A DNA stretch of 64,000 nucleotides from NCBI GenBank assembly GCA_018266615.1, contig JAFEAB010000058.1, positions 4,194 through 68,193 of the forward strand. The letters are read 5' to 3'. Both the position numbers and the translations under genes were made by a program. This document shows, piece by piece, positions 21,997 to 34,717 of the stretch (positions are counted from its first letter, which is position 1; each line of letters opens with the position of its first letter). Source of the stretch: Bacteroidota bacterium (lineage in GTDB: Bacteria > Bacteroidota > Bacteroidia > Chitinophagales > Chitinophagaceae). A model generated the notes under the pieces. That model searched no databases, had not been told where the DNA came from, and saw only the letters and a program-made list of their open reading frames with translations.

Positions 21997-23414
21997 CAGG
22001 TTGTTTTCTTTTTATTGGCTACTGCAAGATAATAAATTGGGATACCTGCCAGCACAATGATTAAACCGGGCCATGTGTAAGTTGGCTTATACAGAATCAG
22101 TAAAATACAAAATGCAATAGCCATCAGGATATAAACGGCAGGTAATACCGGATAACCAAATGCTTTGTAGGGCCTGTCCAAATCGGGCTTCTGCTTGCGC
22201 AGGATAAATATACCGGTAATAGTCAGGGCATAAAACATCACCACCACAAAAGAAATCATATCCAGCAGGTCGCCATACTTTCCGCTCAGGCATAAAATGC
22301 AGGCCACCAGGCATTGTATCCATAGGGCAAATTCGGGAACATTATATTTATTAAGAGTACCTGTTTTCTTAAAAAATAAGCCATCCCGGGCCATCGTGTG
22401 ATAAACCCTGGCACCGGCAAGAATAAGTCCGTTATTGCAGCCAAAAGTGGAAATCATAATCATGATGGCGATTACATAGGACCCGATATTACCAAAAATC
22501 GCCACACTTGCAGCAACCGCTACTCTGTCCTGGGGGGCTGAAGCAATATCCTTTACCGGCAATACGGCCAGGTACATGATATTTGCAAAAACATAAATTA
22601 CGGTAACAATGAGGGTACCCAGGAAAAGGCTGAGACCAATATTCCGTTTAGGGTTCTTCACCTCCCCGGCAATAAAGGTTACATTATTCCAGGCATCACT
22701 GCTGAAAATAGATCCCACCATTGAGGCTGCAATGGCACCTAAAGCGGCGGAACCTAATACAGGCCCAATAATATCCCCGGAGGAATCCAATTTCTTCATG
22801 GTCCAGGCATCGGCCCAGTTTGCCTGCCAGGCTCCACTTTTAGTGGCCACAATTAATCCGAAAATGATAAGTCCAAAAAGTGACAACAATTTAACACTGG
22901 TAAAAAAAGTCTGAATAATCTTCCCCCCTTCAATTCCCTTTGTGTTTACAAAAGTGAGGAATATGATTAACCCAATGGCCACAATCTGTCCTGCATTCAC
23001 TTTATACCACCCCAATTCCAGTAGTACATTTTCCGGTCCAAAAGCAGGATTAATGGTTCCGAGAAATTTGCTGAACGCCACCCCTACTGCCGCAATGGTG
23101 GCCGTTTGTATCACGGCAAAAAAGCTCCACCCGTATAAGAATCCGGCCAGTGGATTAAACGCTTCTTTCAGGTACACATATTGGCCTCCTGCCTTAGGAA
23201 ACATGGAGCTGAGTTCTCCATAACTGAGGGCAGCAGTAAGGGTCATAAACCCGGTGAGCAGCCAGATTACGATTAACCATCCGGCAGATCCTACATTGCG
23301 GGTAATATCGGCGCTCACTATAAATATCCCCGACCCTATCATGGATCCGGCTACTACCATGGTGGCATCAAAAAGGCTGAGAGATGGTTTGAAGGAATGT
23401 TGCGTTTCGGTCAT
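21996..23414 (-). CDS. APC-superfamily amino acid permease
   Basis: 472 aa with about 12 TM helices. N-terminal GSMIGSGIF motif. Confidence 0.85.
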   Translation of the reverse strand: MTETQHSFKPSLSLFDATMVVAGSMIGSGIFIVSADITRNVGSAGWLIVIWLLTGFMTLTAALSYGELSSMFPKAGGQYVYLKEAFNPLAGFLYGWSFFAVIQTATIAAVGVAFSKFLGTINPAFGPENVLLELGWYKVNAGQIVAIGLIIFLTFVNTKGIEGGKIIQTFFTSVKLLSLFGLIIFGLIVATKSGAWQANWADAWTMKKLDSSGDIIGPVLGSAALGAIAASMVGSIFSSDAWNNVTFIAGEVKNPKRNIGLSLFLGTLIVTVIYVFANIMYLAVLPVKDIASAPQDRVAVAASVAIFGNIGSYVIAIMIMISTFGCNNGLILAGARVYHTMARDGLFFKKTGTLNKYNVPEFALWIQCLVACILCLSGKYGDLLDMISFVVVMFYALTITGIFILRKQKPDLDRPYKAFGYPVLPAVYILMAIAFCILLILYKPTYTWPGLIIVLAGIPIYYLAVANKKKTT

Positions 23415-23447
23415 AAAAAAATCCCGTCTTTAATTGCAGACGGGATT
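23415..23447 (-). terminator. Rho-independent terminator after the ompH-like gene
   Basis: Minus strand reads ATCCCGTCT-GCAATTAA-AGACGGGAT followed by T7. The T-run abuts the ATG of the permease. Confidence 0.65.
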
Positions 23448-23467
23448 CAAGATAATCAAAGCCTTTA

Positions 23468-24088
23468 TTATTTTTTGTTTTCCTTGGCAATTTTTTCATT
23501 CATTCCGGCAATTACATCATTGGTAATATTGAGGGTAGTATCCTTGAATACAAGGTAATCCAGCCCTGTGCCGGTGGTAAGTATGTACTTGTAGGTTCCG
23601 TTGCTGTTGTATTGGGCCAGGAAGTCTTTGAGTTTCTTTTGGATATCATCCATAAACTTGTAGCTCTTCTCTGTTAATTTTTGCGTAGCAGCCTGCCTTT
23701 TTTCTTCAATGGCCTGTTGTTCCTGTAAAAGCTGGGTTTGAAATTCGGCAGCCATTTCATCGGTTATTGCCTTTCCGTTGTCGTGCTTTTTGATGAATTC
23801 ATTTTTCTTATCATTAAGGGCACGAGATGCACTCATCCATTCGTTTTCAATGGCTTTTTGTTCTCCTTCCAATTCTTTTCTTTTATCCCGGATGAAGGCA
23901 ATTTTTTCATTCAGGGAGTCGAGATCCACATAAGCAATAGGTGCTTTTTCCAATTCACTGAGCGGAGCTTTTGGAACGGCCGTTTTCACCACTGAAACAG
24001 GTTTTTGATTACCTGAAAAATGCAGGTAATACAAAATTGCAACGGCAACAATCAATACAACATTTAGTACGATAGAAAAATTCTTCAT
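23468..24088 (-). CDS. OmpH/Skp-like periplasmic chaperone
   Basis: 206 aa with a signal anchor and a long coiled-coil K/E/Q-rich body, typical of the OmpH family. Confidence 0.8.
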   Translation of the reverse strand: MKNFSIVLNVVLIVAVAILYYLHFSGNQKPVSVVKTAVPKAPLSELEKAPIAYVDLDSLNEKIAFIRDKRKELEGEQKAIENEWMSASRALNDKKNEFIKKHDNGKAITDEMAAEFQTQLLQEQQAIEEKRQAATQKLTEKSYKFMDDIQKKLKDFLAQYNSNGTYKYILTTGTGLDYLVFKDTTLNITNDVIAGMNEKIAKENKK

Positions 24089-24284
24089 CTACAGATTTTA
24101 AATTAGCCGGCAAGATATAGAGAAAGCCTTTAAATAAGACAGGCTATAGTTTTATTTATGAAAGGGTTAACGGCAAAAGTATGTAGAAGGGATTTTCACT
24201 TGGATAATGGTAGAAAGTAGAAAAAGTTCCTGGTTGGGAGAAATAATGATTTCAATTTAGAATTTAGTAAACTGCTTTCAAAAC

Positions 24285-24368
24285 GTGTTGGGCGCTTTGC
24301 TGCCCCCACCCCGGGGGTAAAAATAATGCCAGGAAAAATTGGATCAATGGATTTTGACTAAAGTATAT
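24285..24368 (-). repeat. Dispersed promoter-like/GC-hairpin repeat, copy R2
   Basis: 84-bp block identical to 24542-24625 except for one base. Core at 24302-24324. Confidence 0.85.
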
Positions 24369-24541
24369 TCAGTTTTTGGTAAATTATTTTCAGTTTATAC
24401 ATAACAATAATGCTATTAGGGTAAATAGAGAGCTTTAGCCATTCAGCAAATGGGATATTCTTTCCAGGTTATGCCACCGGTTTTTGGATGCAAGGTGAAA
24501 ATGCTAGTACTGGCTCAATGAATGGAAGCTAAAACAAAAAA

Positions 24542-24625
24542 GTGTTGGGCGCTTTGCTGCCCCCGCCCCGGGGGTAAAAATAATGCCAGGAAAAATTGGA
24601 TCAATGGATTTTGACTAAAGTATAT
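24542..24625 (-). repeat. Dispersed promoter-like/GC-hairpin repeat, copy R3
   Basis: Near-identical twin of R2, 257 bp away. Core at 24559-24581 has an A to G change in the hairpin loop. Confidence 0.85.
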
Positions 24626-24675
24626 CCGGCCCAGCTAAAATTTATTTACCGCTTATTAATTTAAAACTATTCTTC

Positions 24676-24957
24676 CTATGCCTGAATAAGGATGAATAAT
24701 GAGCTTTCGCCCATGGGTTGCCGGATGCGCGCCAGACCCGGACGGGCAGGGTACAGCACTGCCTGTGCAACTTTGAAAACCCCAATTGGATTACTTTTCA
24801 GCTTATTAGCACAAGCAACTCCGGCATAATAAAGATATATCGCCCCAAAGCCCATAAAAAAATAAGGTCCGCCCCACTCAAAATAGAGCTCATTAATCTG
24901 GATGGCACCAAAAAAAACCCGGTATATAGCCGGGCTTTTCAGATTAAATACATCCAT
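24676..24957 (-). CDS. Hypothetical small hydrophobic protein immediately downstream of rpoC
   Basis: 93-aa ORF whose ATG (24955-24957) lies 2 nt after the rpoC stop. Hydrophobic, with no family recognised. Confidence 0.3.
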   Translation of the reverse strand: MDVFNLKSPAIYRVFFGAIQINELYFEWGGPYFFMGFGAIYLYYAGVACANKLKSNPIGVFKVAQAVLYPARPGLARIRQPMGESSLFILIQA

Positions 24958-24959
24958 AA

Positions 24960-27900
24960 TTATTCTTCTTCGTCAAAGCTCATCGCTTCTTTGGTGGTTT
25001 GCAACAGTTCATACTCCTGTTTGCTGCCCACAATCATATTTTCAAATTCACGCAAACCGGTGCCAGCGGGGATATGATGACCAGTAATTACATTTTCTTT
25101 CAGGCCCAGCATTCCATCGGTTTTACCCTGTATGGCTGCGGAGCTGAGTACTTTTGTAGTTTCCTGGAATGAAGCTGCAGAAATCCAACTTTGGGTACCC
25201 AGGGAAGCCTTTGTAATTCCCAACAATAAAGGCGAGGAGGTGGCGGGTTGTGCATCACGGAATTCAACCAGTTTCTTATCTGCACGGCGAAGGACTGAAT
25301 TCTCTTCGCGTACCTCCCTAAGGGTTATAATCTGGCCCGGGCGGAGTTTTGCGCTTTCGCCACTTTCTGTAACCACTTTTTTATCAAAAATGTAATCGTT
25401 CTCAGCGTTAAAGTCGAGGCGATCTTCCGTATCCCCTTCTAAGAATTTAGTATCCCCTGCATCTTCAATGGTTACCTTACGCATCATCTGCCGAACAATT
25501 ACTTCAATGTGCTTATCGTTGATCTTCACACCCTGAAGGCGATACACCTCCTGAATTTCGTTAACTACATACTCCTGAACGGCAAATGGTCCTTTGATAG
25601 CCAGGATATCGGCCGGTGAAATTTGCCCATCGCTTAATCCGGTTCCTGCTTTTACGAAGTCACCATCCTGCACCAGGATCTGGCGGCTAAGCGGCACCAG
25701 GTATTTACGTACCACGCCATCTTTGGCTTCCACAATTATTTCGCGGTTACCACGCTTGATGGCTCCAAAGGAAACAACCCCGTCAATTTCACAAACCACA
25801 GCCGGGTTGCTTGGGTTACGCGCTTCAAACAATTCGGTAACACGAGGCAGCCCTCCGGTGATATCTTTCAATTTGCTCAGCACCCGCGGTATTTTAACCA
25901 ATACCTGTCCATTCTTCACTGTATCCCCTTCTTCAACTGCCACATGGGATCCCACGGGGAGGTTATAGGTCTTTTTATCCTTTCCTTCCACAATAATAGC
26001 GGGAAGCTTGGTCTTATCCTTGGTTTCAATAACCACTTTTTCGCGGTGGCCGGTTTGCTCATCTGCTTCCTCACGGAAGGTTATCCCTTCAATAACCGAC
26101 TCAAACTTAATGGTACCGGGAGTTTCCGCAATGATTACGTTATTGTAAGGATCCCAACTACATATCACATCTCCCTTATTAATTTTTTGCCCGTCTTTTA
26201 CATTGAGCACAGAACCGTAAGGAATATGTGTGGTATTCAGCAGGCGGTCGCTCTTTACATCTATAATCCGGATTTCACCGGTACGTCCAATAACCATTTG
26301 AACTTTCTTACCCTGGTTGTCTTCAGAGGCAACGGTACGAAGCCCATCAAACTGTATGGTTCCTTCAAACTTTGAGCTAAGTGTAGATTCTACCGAAGCA
26401 GAACCTGCCACACCACCCACGTGGAAGGTACGAAGGGTAAGCTGTGTACCTGGTTCACCAATGGATTGGGCAGCAATGATACCTACCGCATCACCCCGTT
26501 GTGCCAACATACCACTGGCCAGGTTTTTACCATAGCATTTCACACACACACCCCGGCTGCTTTCGCAAGTAAGTACCGAACGAATGTCCACTACTTCTAT
26601 ACCGGCATTTTCCACTCTCTTTGCATCATCGGTTGTAATTTCTTCTCCTGCCCTCAGTAACAATTCATCGGTTACCGGATCAAACACATCGTGCAGGGAG
26701 GTACGTCCTTCGATGCGGTCGGCAAGGGGTTCAATAATATCTTCATTATCCTTCAAAGCAGAAATAGATATTCCACGCAGGGTTCCGCAATCTTCTTCAT
26801 TGATAACCACATCCTGTGCCACATCCACCAAACGGCGGGTAAGGTAACCGGCATCCGCCGTCTTCAGGGCGGTATCTGCCAACCCTTTACGGGCACCGTG
26901 GGTAGAAATAAAGTATTCCAATACACTAAGGCCATCTTTAAAGTTGGCGAGGATGGGATTCTCGATAATTTCACTACCGGAGGAACCGGATTTACGCGGT
27001 TTAGCCATCAGGCCTCTCAGTCCGGCCAACTGCTTAATTTGCGCCTTGCTACCACGAGCTCCCGAATCAAGCATCATATAAACCGAATTGAACCCTTGTT
27101 TATCGGAAGCTAATTCGCGAATAAGCGTTTCCGTTACTTTGGTATCTACCCGGCTCCAGATGTCAATAATCTGATTGTACCGCTCGTTATTGGTGATCAG
27201 CCCCATGTTGTAGCTTTCCCACACTTCCGATACTTCCTGCTGGGCAATTTCCACCAGTTCTGCCTTTACTTCCGGGATGATAAGGTCATTAATATTGAAC
27301 GACAGCCCACCCTTGAAAGCCATGTGGTATCCCAGGGTCTTGATGTCATCAAGGAATTTTGCAGTGATGGGTACACTGGTCCATTTAATGATGTCGCCAA
27401 TGATTTCCCGCAATGTTTTCTTGGTAATGAGGGCATTAATAAAGCCTACTTCTTTGGGAACAAACTGGTTAAAAATCACCCTTCCAACTGTAGTATCAAT
27501 CAGTTTATGCTCCAGGCTGCCGTCTTTTTTACGGACATCCACTTTTACTTTTATATTGGCATGTAGATCCGCCCGCTTTTCATTGAAAGCGATAATCACT
27601 TCCTCTGCCGAATAGAACGCCTTTCCTTCTCCTTTAATAACCAGGTCGCCCTCTGTTTTTCTACCCTTGGTAATATAGTACAACCCAAGTACCATGTCCT
27701 GCGAGGGAAGAGTAATAGGCGTACCATTTTGTGGGTTGAGGATATTATGCGATGAAAGCATTAATAACTGGGCCTCCAAAACGGCCGCATTGCTCAAGGG
27801 TACATGCACAGCCATTTGGTCACCATCAAAGTCGGCGTTGAAAGCGGTTGTAACCAATGGATGCAACTGGATCGCCTTCCCTTCAATCAGTTTGGGTTGA

Positions 27901-29252
27901 AACGCCTGGATGGACAGTCTGTGCAGTGTTGGAGCCCGGTTCAGCATTACCGGGTGGCCTTTTAGAATATTTTCGAGGATATCCCAGATAATGGCTTCTT
28001 TTTTATCAACCAGCTTGCGGGCACTCTTCACAGTTTTTACAATTCCTCTTTCAATCAACTTACGGATAATAAAAGGTTTAAACAGTTCAGCGGCCATATC
28101 CTTTGGCAATCCGCATTCATGCATTTTTAATTCGGGGCCTACCACAATTACCGAACGTCCCGAATAGTCAACGCGTTTACCCAACAGGTTCTGCCGGAAA
28201 CGCCCTTGTTTACCTTTCAGTACATCACTTAACGATTTAAGGGCACGGCCACCTTCTGCTTTTACGGCGTTGGATTTACGGCTGTTATCAAACAGGGAGT
28301 CAATCGCTTCCTGTAGCATGCGTTTTTCATTCCGCAGAATCACTTCAGGGGCTTTAATTTCCAGCAGCCTCTTCAACCGGTTGTTACGGATAATAACCCG
28401 GCGGTAAAGGTCATTCAGGTCGGATGACGCAAAACGGCCTCCGTCCAATGGAACAAGCGGACGCAACTCCGGAGGGATTACCGGGATGTATTGCATCACC
28501 ATCCATTCGGGCCGGTTGTGAATTCGGGTATTGGCTTCACGGAAACTTTCTACTACGCTTAAACGCTTAAGGGCATCTGCTTTCCTTTGTTGGGAAGTTT
28601 CATTAGCCGCAGAATTACGCAGATCGAAGCTGAGCTGGTCGAGGTCGAGCCTTTCCAGCATAGCATGTACGGCTTCTGCCCCCATCTTGGCGATGAATTT
28701 TTCTGGATCTTCATCCGGCAACAACTGGTTGTCTTTGGGAAGAGCATCCAAAATATCGAGGTATTCTTCCTCGGTGAGCAGGTCGGCATAATTTTGTCCC
28801 TTATCGGCCCGAACCCCGGGTTGAATTACCACAAAGCGTTCGTAATAAATAATGGTTTCCAGTTTCTTGGAACTCATGCCGAGGAGGTAACCAATTTTAT
28901 TAGGCAGCGATTTAAAGTACCAGATGTGTACTACCGGAACTACCAGTTTAATGTGGCCCATTCTTTCGCGGCGTACTTTTTTCTCTGTTACTTCCACCCC
29001 ACAACGGTCGCAAACAATTCCCTTATAACGGATACGCTTATACTTTCCGCAAGCGCATTCATAATCTTTTACAGGACCAAAAATCCTTTCGCAGAATAAG
29101 CCATCCCGTTCGGGCTTATAAGTACGGTAATTTATCGTTTCCGGTTTCAACACTTCGCCATAGCTGCGCTCCAGGATGGTATCCGGCGAAGCCAGGCCAA
29201 TGGTAATTTGCGAGAATGTTGATTTTGGACGGTTTTCCTTTTTAATGGCCAT
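24960..29252 (-). CDS. rpoC: DNA-directed RNA polymerase subunit beta-prime
   Basis: 1430 aa. Zn-binding CACGKY..C..CGVEV, catalytic [12 protein letters not shown], and trigger-loop/bridge-helix regions are recognisable. Confidence 0.99.
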   Translation of the reverse strand: MAIKKENRPKSTFSQITIGLASPDTILERSYGEVLKPETINYRTYKPERDGLFCERIFGPVKDYECACGKYKRIRYKGIVCDRCGVEVTEKKVRRERMGHIKLVVPVVHIWYFKSLPNKIGYLLGMSSKKLETIIYYERFVVIQPGVRADKGQNYADLLTEEEYLDILDALPKDNQLLPDEDPEKFIAKMGAEAVHAMLERLDLDQLSFDLRNSAANETSQQRKADALKRLSVVESFREANTRIHNRPEWMVMQYIPVIPPELRPLVPLDGGRFASSDLNDLYRRVIIRNNRLKRLLEIKAPEVILRNEKRMLQEAIDSLFDNSRKSNAVKAEGGRALKSLSDVLKGKQGRFRQNLLGKRVDYSGRSVIVVGPELKMHECGLPKDMAAELFKPFIIRKLIERGIVKTVKSARKLVDKKEAIIWDILENILKGHPVMLNRAPTLHRLSIQAFQPKLIEGKAIQLHPLVTTAFNADFDGDQMAVHVPLSNAAVLEAQLLMLSSHNILNPQNGTPITLPSQDMVLGLYYITKGRKTEGDLVIKGEGKAFYSAEEVIIAFNEKRADLHANIKVKVDVRKKDGSLEHKLIDTTVGRVIFNQFVPKEVGFINALITKKTLREIIGDIIKWTSVPITAKFLDDIKTLGYHMAFKGGLSFNINDLIIPEVKAELVEIAQQEVSEVWESYNMGLITNNERYNQIIDIWSRVDTKVTETLIRELASDKQGFNSVYMMLDSGARGSKAQIKQLAGLRGLMAKPRKSGSSGSEIIENPILANFKDGLSVLEYFISTHGARKGLADTALKTADAGYLTRRLVDVAQDVVINEEDCGTLRGISISALKDNEDIIEPLADRIEGRTSLHDVFDPVTDELLLRAGEEITTDDAKRVENAGIEVVDIRSVLTCESSRGVCVKCYGKNLASGMLAQRGDAVGIIAAQSIGEPGTQLTLRTFHVGGVAGSASVESTLSSKFEGTIQFDGLRTVASEDNQGKKVQMVIGRTGEIRIIDVKSDRLLNTTHIPYGSVLNVKDGQKINKGDVICSWDPYNNVIIAETPGTIKFESVIEGITFREEADEQTGHREKVVIETKDKTKLPAIIVEGKDKKTYNLPVGSHVAVEEGDTVKNGQVLVKIPRVLSKLKDITGGLPRVTELFEARNPSNPAVVCEIDGVVSFGAIKRGNREIIVEAKDGVVRKYLVPLSRQILVQDGDFVKAGTGLSDGQISPADILAIKGPFAVQEYVVNEIQEVYRLQGVKINDKHIEVIVRQMMRKVTIEDAGDTKFLEGDTEDRLDFNAENDYIFDKKVVTESGESAKLRPGQIITLREVREENSVLRRADKKLVEFRDAQPATSSPLLLGITKASLGTQSWISAASFQETTKVLSSAAIQGKTDGMLGLKENVITGHHIPAGTGLREFENMIVGSKQEYELLQTTKEAMSFDEEE

Positions 29253-29362
29253 AGTATAATATGGTTTATTTTTTTTGTTTTTAAATCAACCGGGGTTCAA
29301 AGCCCGGCTTCATTGGCGTCGCACTCTTGTACAGGATATCCTCACTGTACTAACGTTAACTA

Positions 29363-32300
29363 CTAATCGAATGTAAGGTTCAATCCCAGACCCCTCAATT
29401 CGTGCACCAGTACGTTAAACGATTCGGGTATGCCTGCCCTTGGGATGTTATCACCTTTAACAATGGCTTCATAGGTCTTAGCCCTTCCAATGATATCATC
29501 CGATTTAAGGGTGAGCAGTTCCTGCAGGATATTGGAAGCGCCGTATGCTTCGAGCGCCCAAACTTCCATTTCCCCAAAACGCTGGCCACCAAACTGGGCT
29601 TTACCTCCCAACGGCTGTTGGGTAATTAGGCTGTATGGCCCGATGGAACGTGCGTGCATCTTATCATCTACCATGTGGTGTAGTTTAATCATATAGATAA
29701 TACCCACTGTGGCTTTCTGATCGAAACGTTCGCCGGTTTCCCCGTCGTACAGGTATGTATGTCCAAACTTTGGAAGCTTGGCTTCATTGAGTTTACCGTC
29801 AATTTCTTCGGGAGATGCCCCATCAAAAATGGGGGTTGCAAATCGCACACCCAGTTTTTCGCCGGCCCATCCTAATACCGTTTCGTAAATCTGTCCGATA
29901 TTCATACGGCTGGGTACCCCCAGTGGATTCAGTACGATATCAACCGGTGTTCCGTCTTCCAGGAAGGGCATATCTTCTGCACGTACAATTTTGGCAACAA
30001 TCCCTTTATTTCCGTGACGCCCCGCCATCTTATCTCCCACCTTCAGTTTACGTTTCACGGCCATATAAACTTTTGCCAGTTTCAATACCCCGGCGGGCAA
30101 TTCATCCCCTATCGAAATATTGAACTTTTCACGTTTATACCTTCCCAGTTCTTCGTTGTACTTGATATTGTAGTTGTGAAGCAGGGTGTTGATGAGATCA
30201 TCCGTTTTAGCATCGCCGCTCCATCCCAGTGGGTTTACATTCTGGTAGTCGATATTGGCAAGGTTTTTTGCATTAAACTTCGCGCCTTTTCCAATAAGCA
30301 CCTCTCCAAAGTTATTGGTTACACCCTGGCTGGCTTTTTCTTTCAGTAATTGCAGCAACTTATCCTGCAATAATTGAAGCAATTCCTCTTCATTCTTTTC
30401 GTGGGTCTTTTCAATCTTTTCGAGCTGTGCTTTCTCCCTTACTTTGGCATTCTTATCTTTCTTGGCCCGTTGGAAAAGTTTCTTATTTATTACAACCCCT
30501 TCGGTACCGCTTGGGGCTTTCAATGAAGCATCTTTTGCATCGCCCGCCTTATCGCCAAAGATGGCGCGGAGCAATTTTTCTTCCGGAGTTGGGTCGCTCT
30601 CTCCTTTCGGTGTGATTTTACCAATAATGATATCGCCTTCTTTAATGGAGGCACCGATGCGGATGATCCCGTTCTGGTCGAGGTCTTTTGTGGCTTCCTC
30701 ACTTACGTTCGGAATATCGGGGGTAAGTTCTTCTTCACCCAGTTTAGTATCCCTCACTTCCGTTTCAAACTCACTGATATGGATAGACGTAAACAAATCT
30801 TCCTTCACCACTTTTTCAGATATCACGATCGCATCTTCAAAGTTATACCCCTTCCAGGGCATGAATGCCACTTTCAGGTTACGGCCCAGTGCGAGCTCGC
30901 CATTTTTGGTGGCATATCCTTCGGTAAGGAAATCCCCTTCCAGGATTTTCTGCCCTTTCGCCACGGCCGGGCGGAGGTTAATACAGGTTTCCTGGTTAGT
31001 GCGTACAAACTTGGTGAGCTTATACACTTTCAGGTCGTCTTCAAAACTAACAAGGCGTTGGTTTTCGCTGCGTTTATACCGTACATGGATTTCGTTCGCA
31101 TCTACAAATTCTACTACGCCATCTCCTTCCGCATGGATCTGAATACGAGCATCCCGGGCGGCTTTACCTTCGAGGCCGGTTCCTACAATCGGAACTTCCG
31201 GACGAATCAGGGGTACTGCCTGGCGCTGCATGTTCGATCCCATCAGGGCGCGGTTGGCATCATCATGTTCGAGGAATGGAATCAACGATGCGCTCAGCCC
31301 TACAATCTGGTTGGGGGCTACATCCATGTATTCCACTTCATGCTTATCGAGGATGGGGAAATCGCCGGTTTGGCGACTGTTCACCATTTCGTTTACAAAA
31401 TTTCCTTTCTCATCCATTGCACTGTTTGCCTGCGCAATTTTTGCGGTATCTTCTTCTTCGGCGCTGAGGAAGGTGATTTTTTTCAGATCGGCGCGGCCAT
31501 CCGTTACTTTAAGATATGGCGTTTCAATAAAGCCCATATCATTAATCTTCGCATGAACACAAAGTGTAGAAATCAGTCCAATGTTTGGCCCTTCTGGTGT
31601 TTCAATCGTACAAAGGCGGCCGTAGTGCGAGTAGTGTACATCGCGCACTTCAAACCCGGCCCGTTCGCGGCTCAAACCACCGGGCCCGAGAGCGGAAATA
31701 CGGCGTTTATGCGTAATCTCACTCAAGGGGTTGGTTTGATCGAGGAATTGCGATAACTGTGAGGTTCCGAAGAAAGAATTAATCACAGATGAAAGGGTAC
31801 GCGCATTAATAAGATCAACCGGCGTAAACACTTCATTATCCCGCACATTCATTCTTTCGCGGATGGTGCGGGCCATACGGGCCAGCCCTACCCCAAATTG
31901 AGCATAGAGTTGTTCACCCACAGTGCGTACACGGCGGTTGGAAAGGTGATCGATATCATCCACTTCACTCTTACCATTGGTTAATTGTACGAGGGTTTTA
32001 ATGATGGCAATAATATCATCTTTCGTAAGTACCTTCTTTTCGATTGGCATGTTGAGGCCGAGACGGCGGTTTATTTTATACCGTCCCACTTCACCCAGGT
32101 CGTACCGTTTATCGGAAAAGAATAATTTATCGATGATGCCGCGCGCGGTTTCATCATCGGGTGCATCGGCACCGCGAAGTTGTTTATATATATGTTGTAC
32201 TGCTTCCAGCTCGCTATTGGAAGTATCTTTATTCAGGGTATTATAAATGATGGCATAATCGCCGCTCACTTCTTCCTTCTGAACAAACACGCTCTTCACG

Positions 32301-33172
32301 CCCATTTCCAGGATCATGGCAATGTTTTCTTCATCGAGGACAGAATCGCGTTCGAGGATGATTTCGTTTCTTTCGAGCGACACCACCTCGCCGGTATCTT
32401 CATCCACAAAATCTTCCACCCAGGTACGCAGTACACGGGCGGCCAGACGTTTGCCTACTTGTTTCTCGAGATTCTTTTTATCGGCTTTCACTTCATCAGC
32501 CATACCAAAAAGTTCAAGAATATCTTTATCTGTTTCATACCCGATAGAACGCAGTAAGGTAGTAACCGGGAATTTCTTCTTCCGGTCGATGTATGCAAAC
32601 ATTACGTTGTTGATATCAGTAGCAAATTCCATCCAGGCTCCCTTAAACGGAATTACACGGGCAGAATAAATTTTAGTCCCATTGGGGTGCATCGATTGGC
32701 CGAAGAACACGCCGGGAGAACGGTGCAACTGGCTCACCACCACCCGTTCAGCACCATTAATAACAAAAGTACCGCGGGGGGTCATGTAAGGGATATTTCC
32801 CAAAAACACATCCTGAACGATGGTTTGAAAGTCAACATGTTCTTCATCGTTACAACTTAGGCGAAGTTTAGCTTTAAGAGGAACGGCATAGGTTAGCCCC
32901 CGTTCAATACATTCATCGATGGAATACCGTGGTGGATCTACGAAATAATCAAGAAACTCCAGCACGAAAATATTCCGGGTATCGGTAATGGGGAAGTTTT
33001 CCTTAAACACACGGAAAAGCCCTTCCACATTACGTTTGTCGGGGGTAGTTTCTAACTGGAAAAAGTCTTTAAACGACTGGATCTGGATTCCTAACAAATC
33101 CGGGGTTTCCGCCAGGAATTCAACTTTTCCGAAGTTAATTCTCTGTGCAGAATGATTGTTTGTTGCAGACAT
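29363..33172 (-). CDS. rpoB: DNA-directed RNA polymerase subunit beta
   Basis: 1269 aa. Conserved blocks include [43 protein letters not shown] and [12 protein letters not shown]. Confidence 0.99.
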   Translation of the reverse strand: MSATNNHSAQRINFGKVEFLAETPDLLGIQIQSFKDFFQLETTPDKRNVEGLFRVFKENFPITDTRNIFVLEFLDYFVDPPRYSIDECIERGLTYAVPLKAKLRLSCNDEEHVDFQTIVQDVFLGNIPYMTPRGTFVINGAERVVVSQLHRSPGVFFGQSMHPNGTKIYSARVIPFKGAWMEFATDINNVMFAYIDRKKKFPVTTLLRSIGYETDKDILELFGMADEVKADKKNLEKQVGKRLAARVLRTWVEDFVDEDTGEVVSLERNEIILERDSVLDEENIAMILEMGVKSVFVQKEEVSGDYAIIYNTLNKDTSNSELEAVQHIYKQLRGADAPDDETARGIIDKLFFSDKRYDLGEVGRYKINRRLGLNMPIEKKVLTKDDIIAIIKTLVQLTNGKSEVDDIDHLSNRRVRTVGEQLYAQFGVGLARMARTIRERMNVRDNEVFTPVDLINARTLSSVINSFFGTSQLSQFLDQTNPLSEITHKRRISALGPGGLSRERAGFEVRDVHYSHYGRLCTIETPEGPNIGLISTLCVHAKINDMGFIETPYLKVTDGRADLKKITFLSAEEEDTAKIAQANSAMDEKGNFVNEMVNSRQTGDFPILDKHEVEYMDVAPNQIVGLSASLIPFLEHDDANRALMGSNMQRQAVPLIRPEVPIVGTGLEGKAARDARIQIHAEGDGVVEFVDANEIHVRYKRSENQRLVSFEDDLKVYKLTKFVRTNQETCINLRPAVAKGQKILEGDFLTEGYATKNGELALGRNLKVAFMPWKGYNFEDAIVISEKVVKEDLFTSIHISEFETEVRDTKLGEEELTPDIPNVSEEATKDLDQNGIIRIGASIKEGDIIIGKITPKGESDPTPEEKLLRAIFGDKAGDAKDASLKAPSGTEGVVINKKLFQRAKKDKNAKVREKAQLEKIEKTHEKNEEELLQLLQDKLLQLLKEKASQGVTNNFGEVLIGKGAKFNAKNLANIDYQNVNPLGWSGDAKTDDLINTLLHNYNIKYNEELGRYKREKFNISIGDELPAGVLKLAKVYMAVKRKLKVGDKMAGRHGNKGIVAKIVRAEDMPFLEDGTPVDIVLNPLGVPSRMNIGQIYETVLGWAGEKLGVRFATPIFDGASPEEIDGKLNEAKLPKFGHTYLYDGETGERFDQKATVGIIYMIKLHHMVDDKMHARSIGPYSLITQQPLGGKAQFGGQRFGEMEVWALEAYGASNILQELLTLKSDDIIGRAKTYEAIVKGDNIPRAGIPESFNVLVHELRGLGLNLTFD

Positions 33173-33629
33173 AAAGTAGTTAAAACGTTTTAATGAGAGA
33201 GGTCTTTAACTCAGGGCAGAAATTGTGAATTCAGAAACCGGTATCACTGAATGCCACTGACCCTAAATTAAAGGAGCGCAAAGATACTAAATTCCGGGCA
33301 ATATTTTTTGAATTTTTAAGGAATTTTATATAATTGGTTCAGTTTTTGCTCAAATGGCGACTCCTTAAAAATTTAAGGAGAATTAGGCATGAACAGGGAA
33401 AAGCAGATCGATCCAATAACATTTTTATTTAATATTAACAAGTCCAGAAATTAATTCATAGGCTGATACATCATTTTTCACCTTTTTTCGGTTTTTAGAA
33501 ACCCATGGGTTGCCGGGGCAACCAGGATATAAAATCGATATGCTAAAAATACGAACCAGGAAAAATTCTAACACGGATAATGGTGAATGTTTGTATAGAG
33601 CCAGTAGCAACCAGGGATAAAAATGATGG

Positions 33630-33715
33630 CCTCTTGTTGCCCCCACCCCGGGGGTAAAAATATAGGAAAGGAAATTTCGAACAAAGAATATTAACTGAAG
33701 AAAATTCAGTTTTAC
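33630..33715 (-). repeat. Dispersed promoter-like/GC-hairpin repeat, copy R4
   Basis: Core at 33639-33661, lying 184 bp from copy R5 (tandem arrangement). About 460 nt upstream of the rpoB start. Confidence 0.8.
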
Positions 33716-33877
33716 ATTAATTTTTTTTGGGAAATTTCCTTGAACCGGAAGAGAAAATATTTATTCTCCAAACCTGGCAATTTGAGAAATTCACGAGCGA
33801 CCAAAGAAAAATTTAGGCACGTTGCTGCCCCCACCCCTGGGGTAAAAATATAGGAAAGGAAAATTCGATCAAAGAAT
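33710..33877 (-). repeat. 168-bp long direct repeat A (contains core copy R5 at 33827-33849)
   Basis: Aligns with 35902-36068 with about 10 substitutions and one 1-nt indel, counted by eye. Confidence 0.85.
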
Positions 33878-34450
33878 ATTTTTCTGGGAGTGAAATAAAA
33901 AGTATTAGGTATAGGGTTCAATATCTTGCGGCGTTTGCATAGTGTTTTAAATCTTATAAGATAGTAAAACATTGCCTCGTGCATATATTTGTAATATATT
34001 TTACCTTTTTCCCACTCTATATTTCCTGTAGCCCCTTCAATAATTATAAAATCAAAAAAGGTCTTTAGCCTTCCTTGGTTTACTGCATTTTTCACTACAT
34101 AGGTCATGCTTTGTATATTATCAGGATAGTTATAAATCGATGCCCCATTTTGCAGTTCTTTAAAAAATAAATTGCATTCGTCAAAACAAAAATGTTCTGC
34201 ACTTGAACATACTTGTTTATAATCTTTGCTTTCCATGAACAGGCCGCTCAACAATTTATTATTCCTGAATAAACAGAAAGTGCCTGTGTTATAATCATGC
34301 CGATTGCTGATTACATCATGATTGTTCAAAACTTCTTCTGTCACAAAATCACGGATATTACCATATACCACATCAATGCCGCCATGTCCCTAAAAATCGT
34401 AGCCTTTTTCTATTTCTGCGAATAGAAATTCAAAGGCTAGTTTAAAATCG
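33712..34450 (-). pseudogene. Decayed remnant of a DUF6625-like (capsule-locus glycosyltransferase-like) gene
   Basis: The ORF lacks an N-terminal domain. The upstream in-frame continuation ..IEKGYDF*GHGGIDVVYGNIRDF.. is broken by a TAG. The 3-prime end runs into the repeat element (..IFTPGVGAA.. is translated repeat). The family assignment comes from my recollection of the GDIR.F / G.F.L.RN motifs. Confidence 0.45.
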
Positions 34451-34717
34451 CAGAGTTTGTATAGGTAAACTATGTTGATTTGAAATTCTATTTTTTTGAT
34501 GCGGTGTTTTGAATTTCTTCGATTGTAATGTGAATTATTTTGCATTACTTGGTTTGTTTGGAATGGCTTCTTGATTAAAAGTTTTAATTATAAAATCGAT
34601 TGTTGGATTGTGGGAGCATGAGTGAATGAAGAATAGTCCATACTAGCAGGTGAGAATGGCGACTGAGCTTTGCGGATATTCTATACATATAGTTTTACAG
34701 GCGTTTTAAATTTTTGT

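Noticed and set aside
25100-33000. Many long plus-strand ORFs inside rpoC and rpoB (for example 30779-31756 at 325 aa, and 30444-31142 at 232 aa)
   Set aside because: They are antisense or shadow frames of two unambiguous, highly conserved genes. Their translations are low-complexity and match no recognisable family.
33425-33646. Short ORFs that run through repeat elements (33425-33646, 35878-36063, 38964-39182, 39195-39392, 18206-18427)
   Set aside because: Their sequences are translations of the dispersed repeat (for example FTPGVGAA, or PRGGG in another frame) or of the 28-bp array (FIRAFVA). The frames differ between copies, so there is no conserved coding potential.
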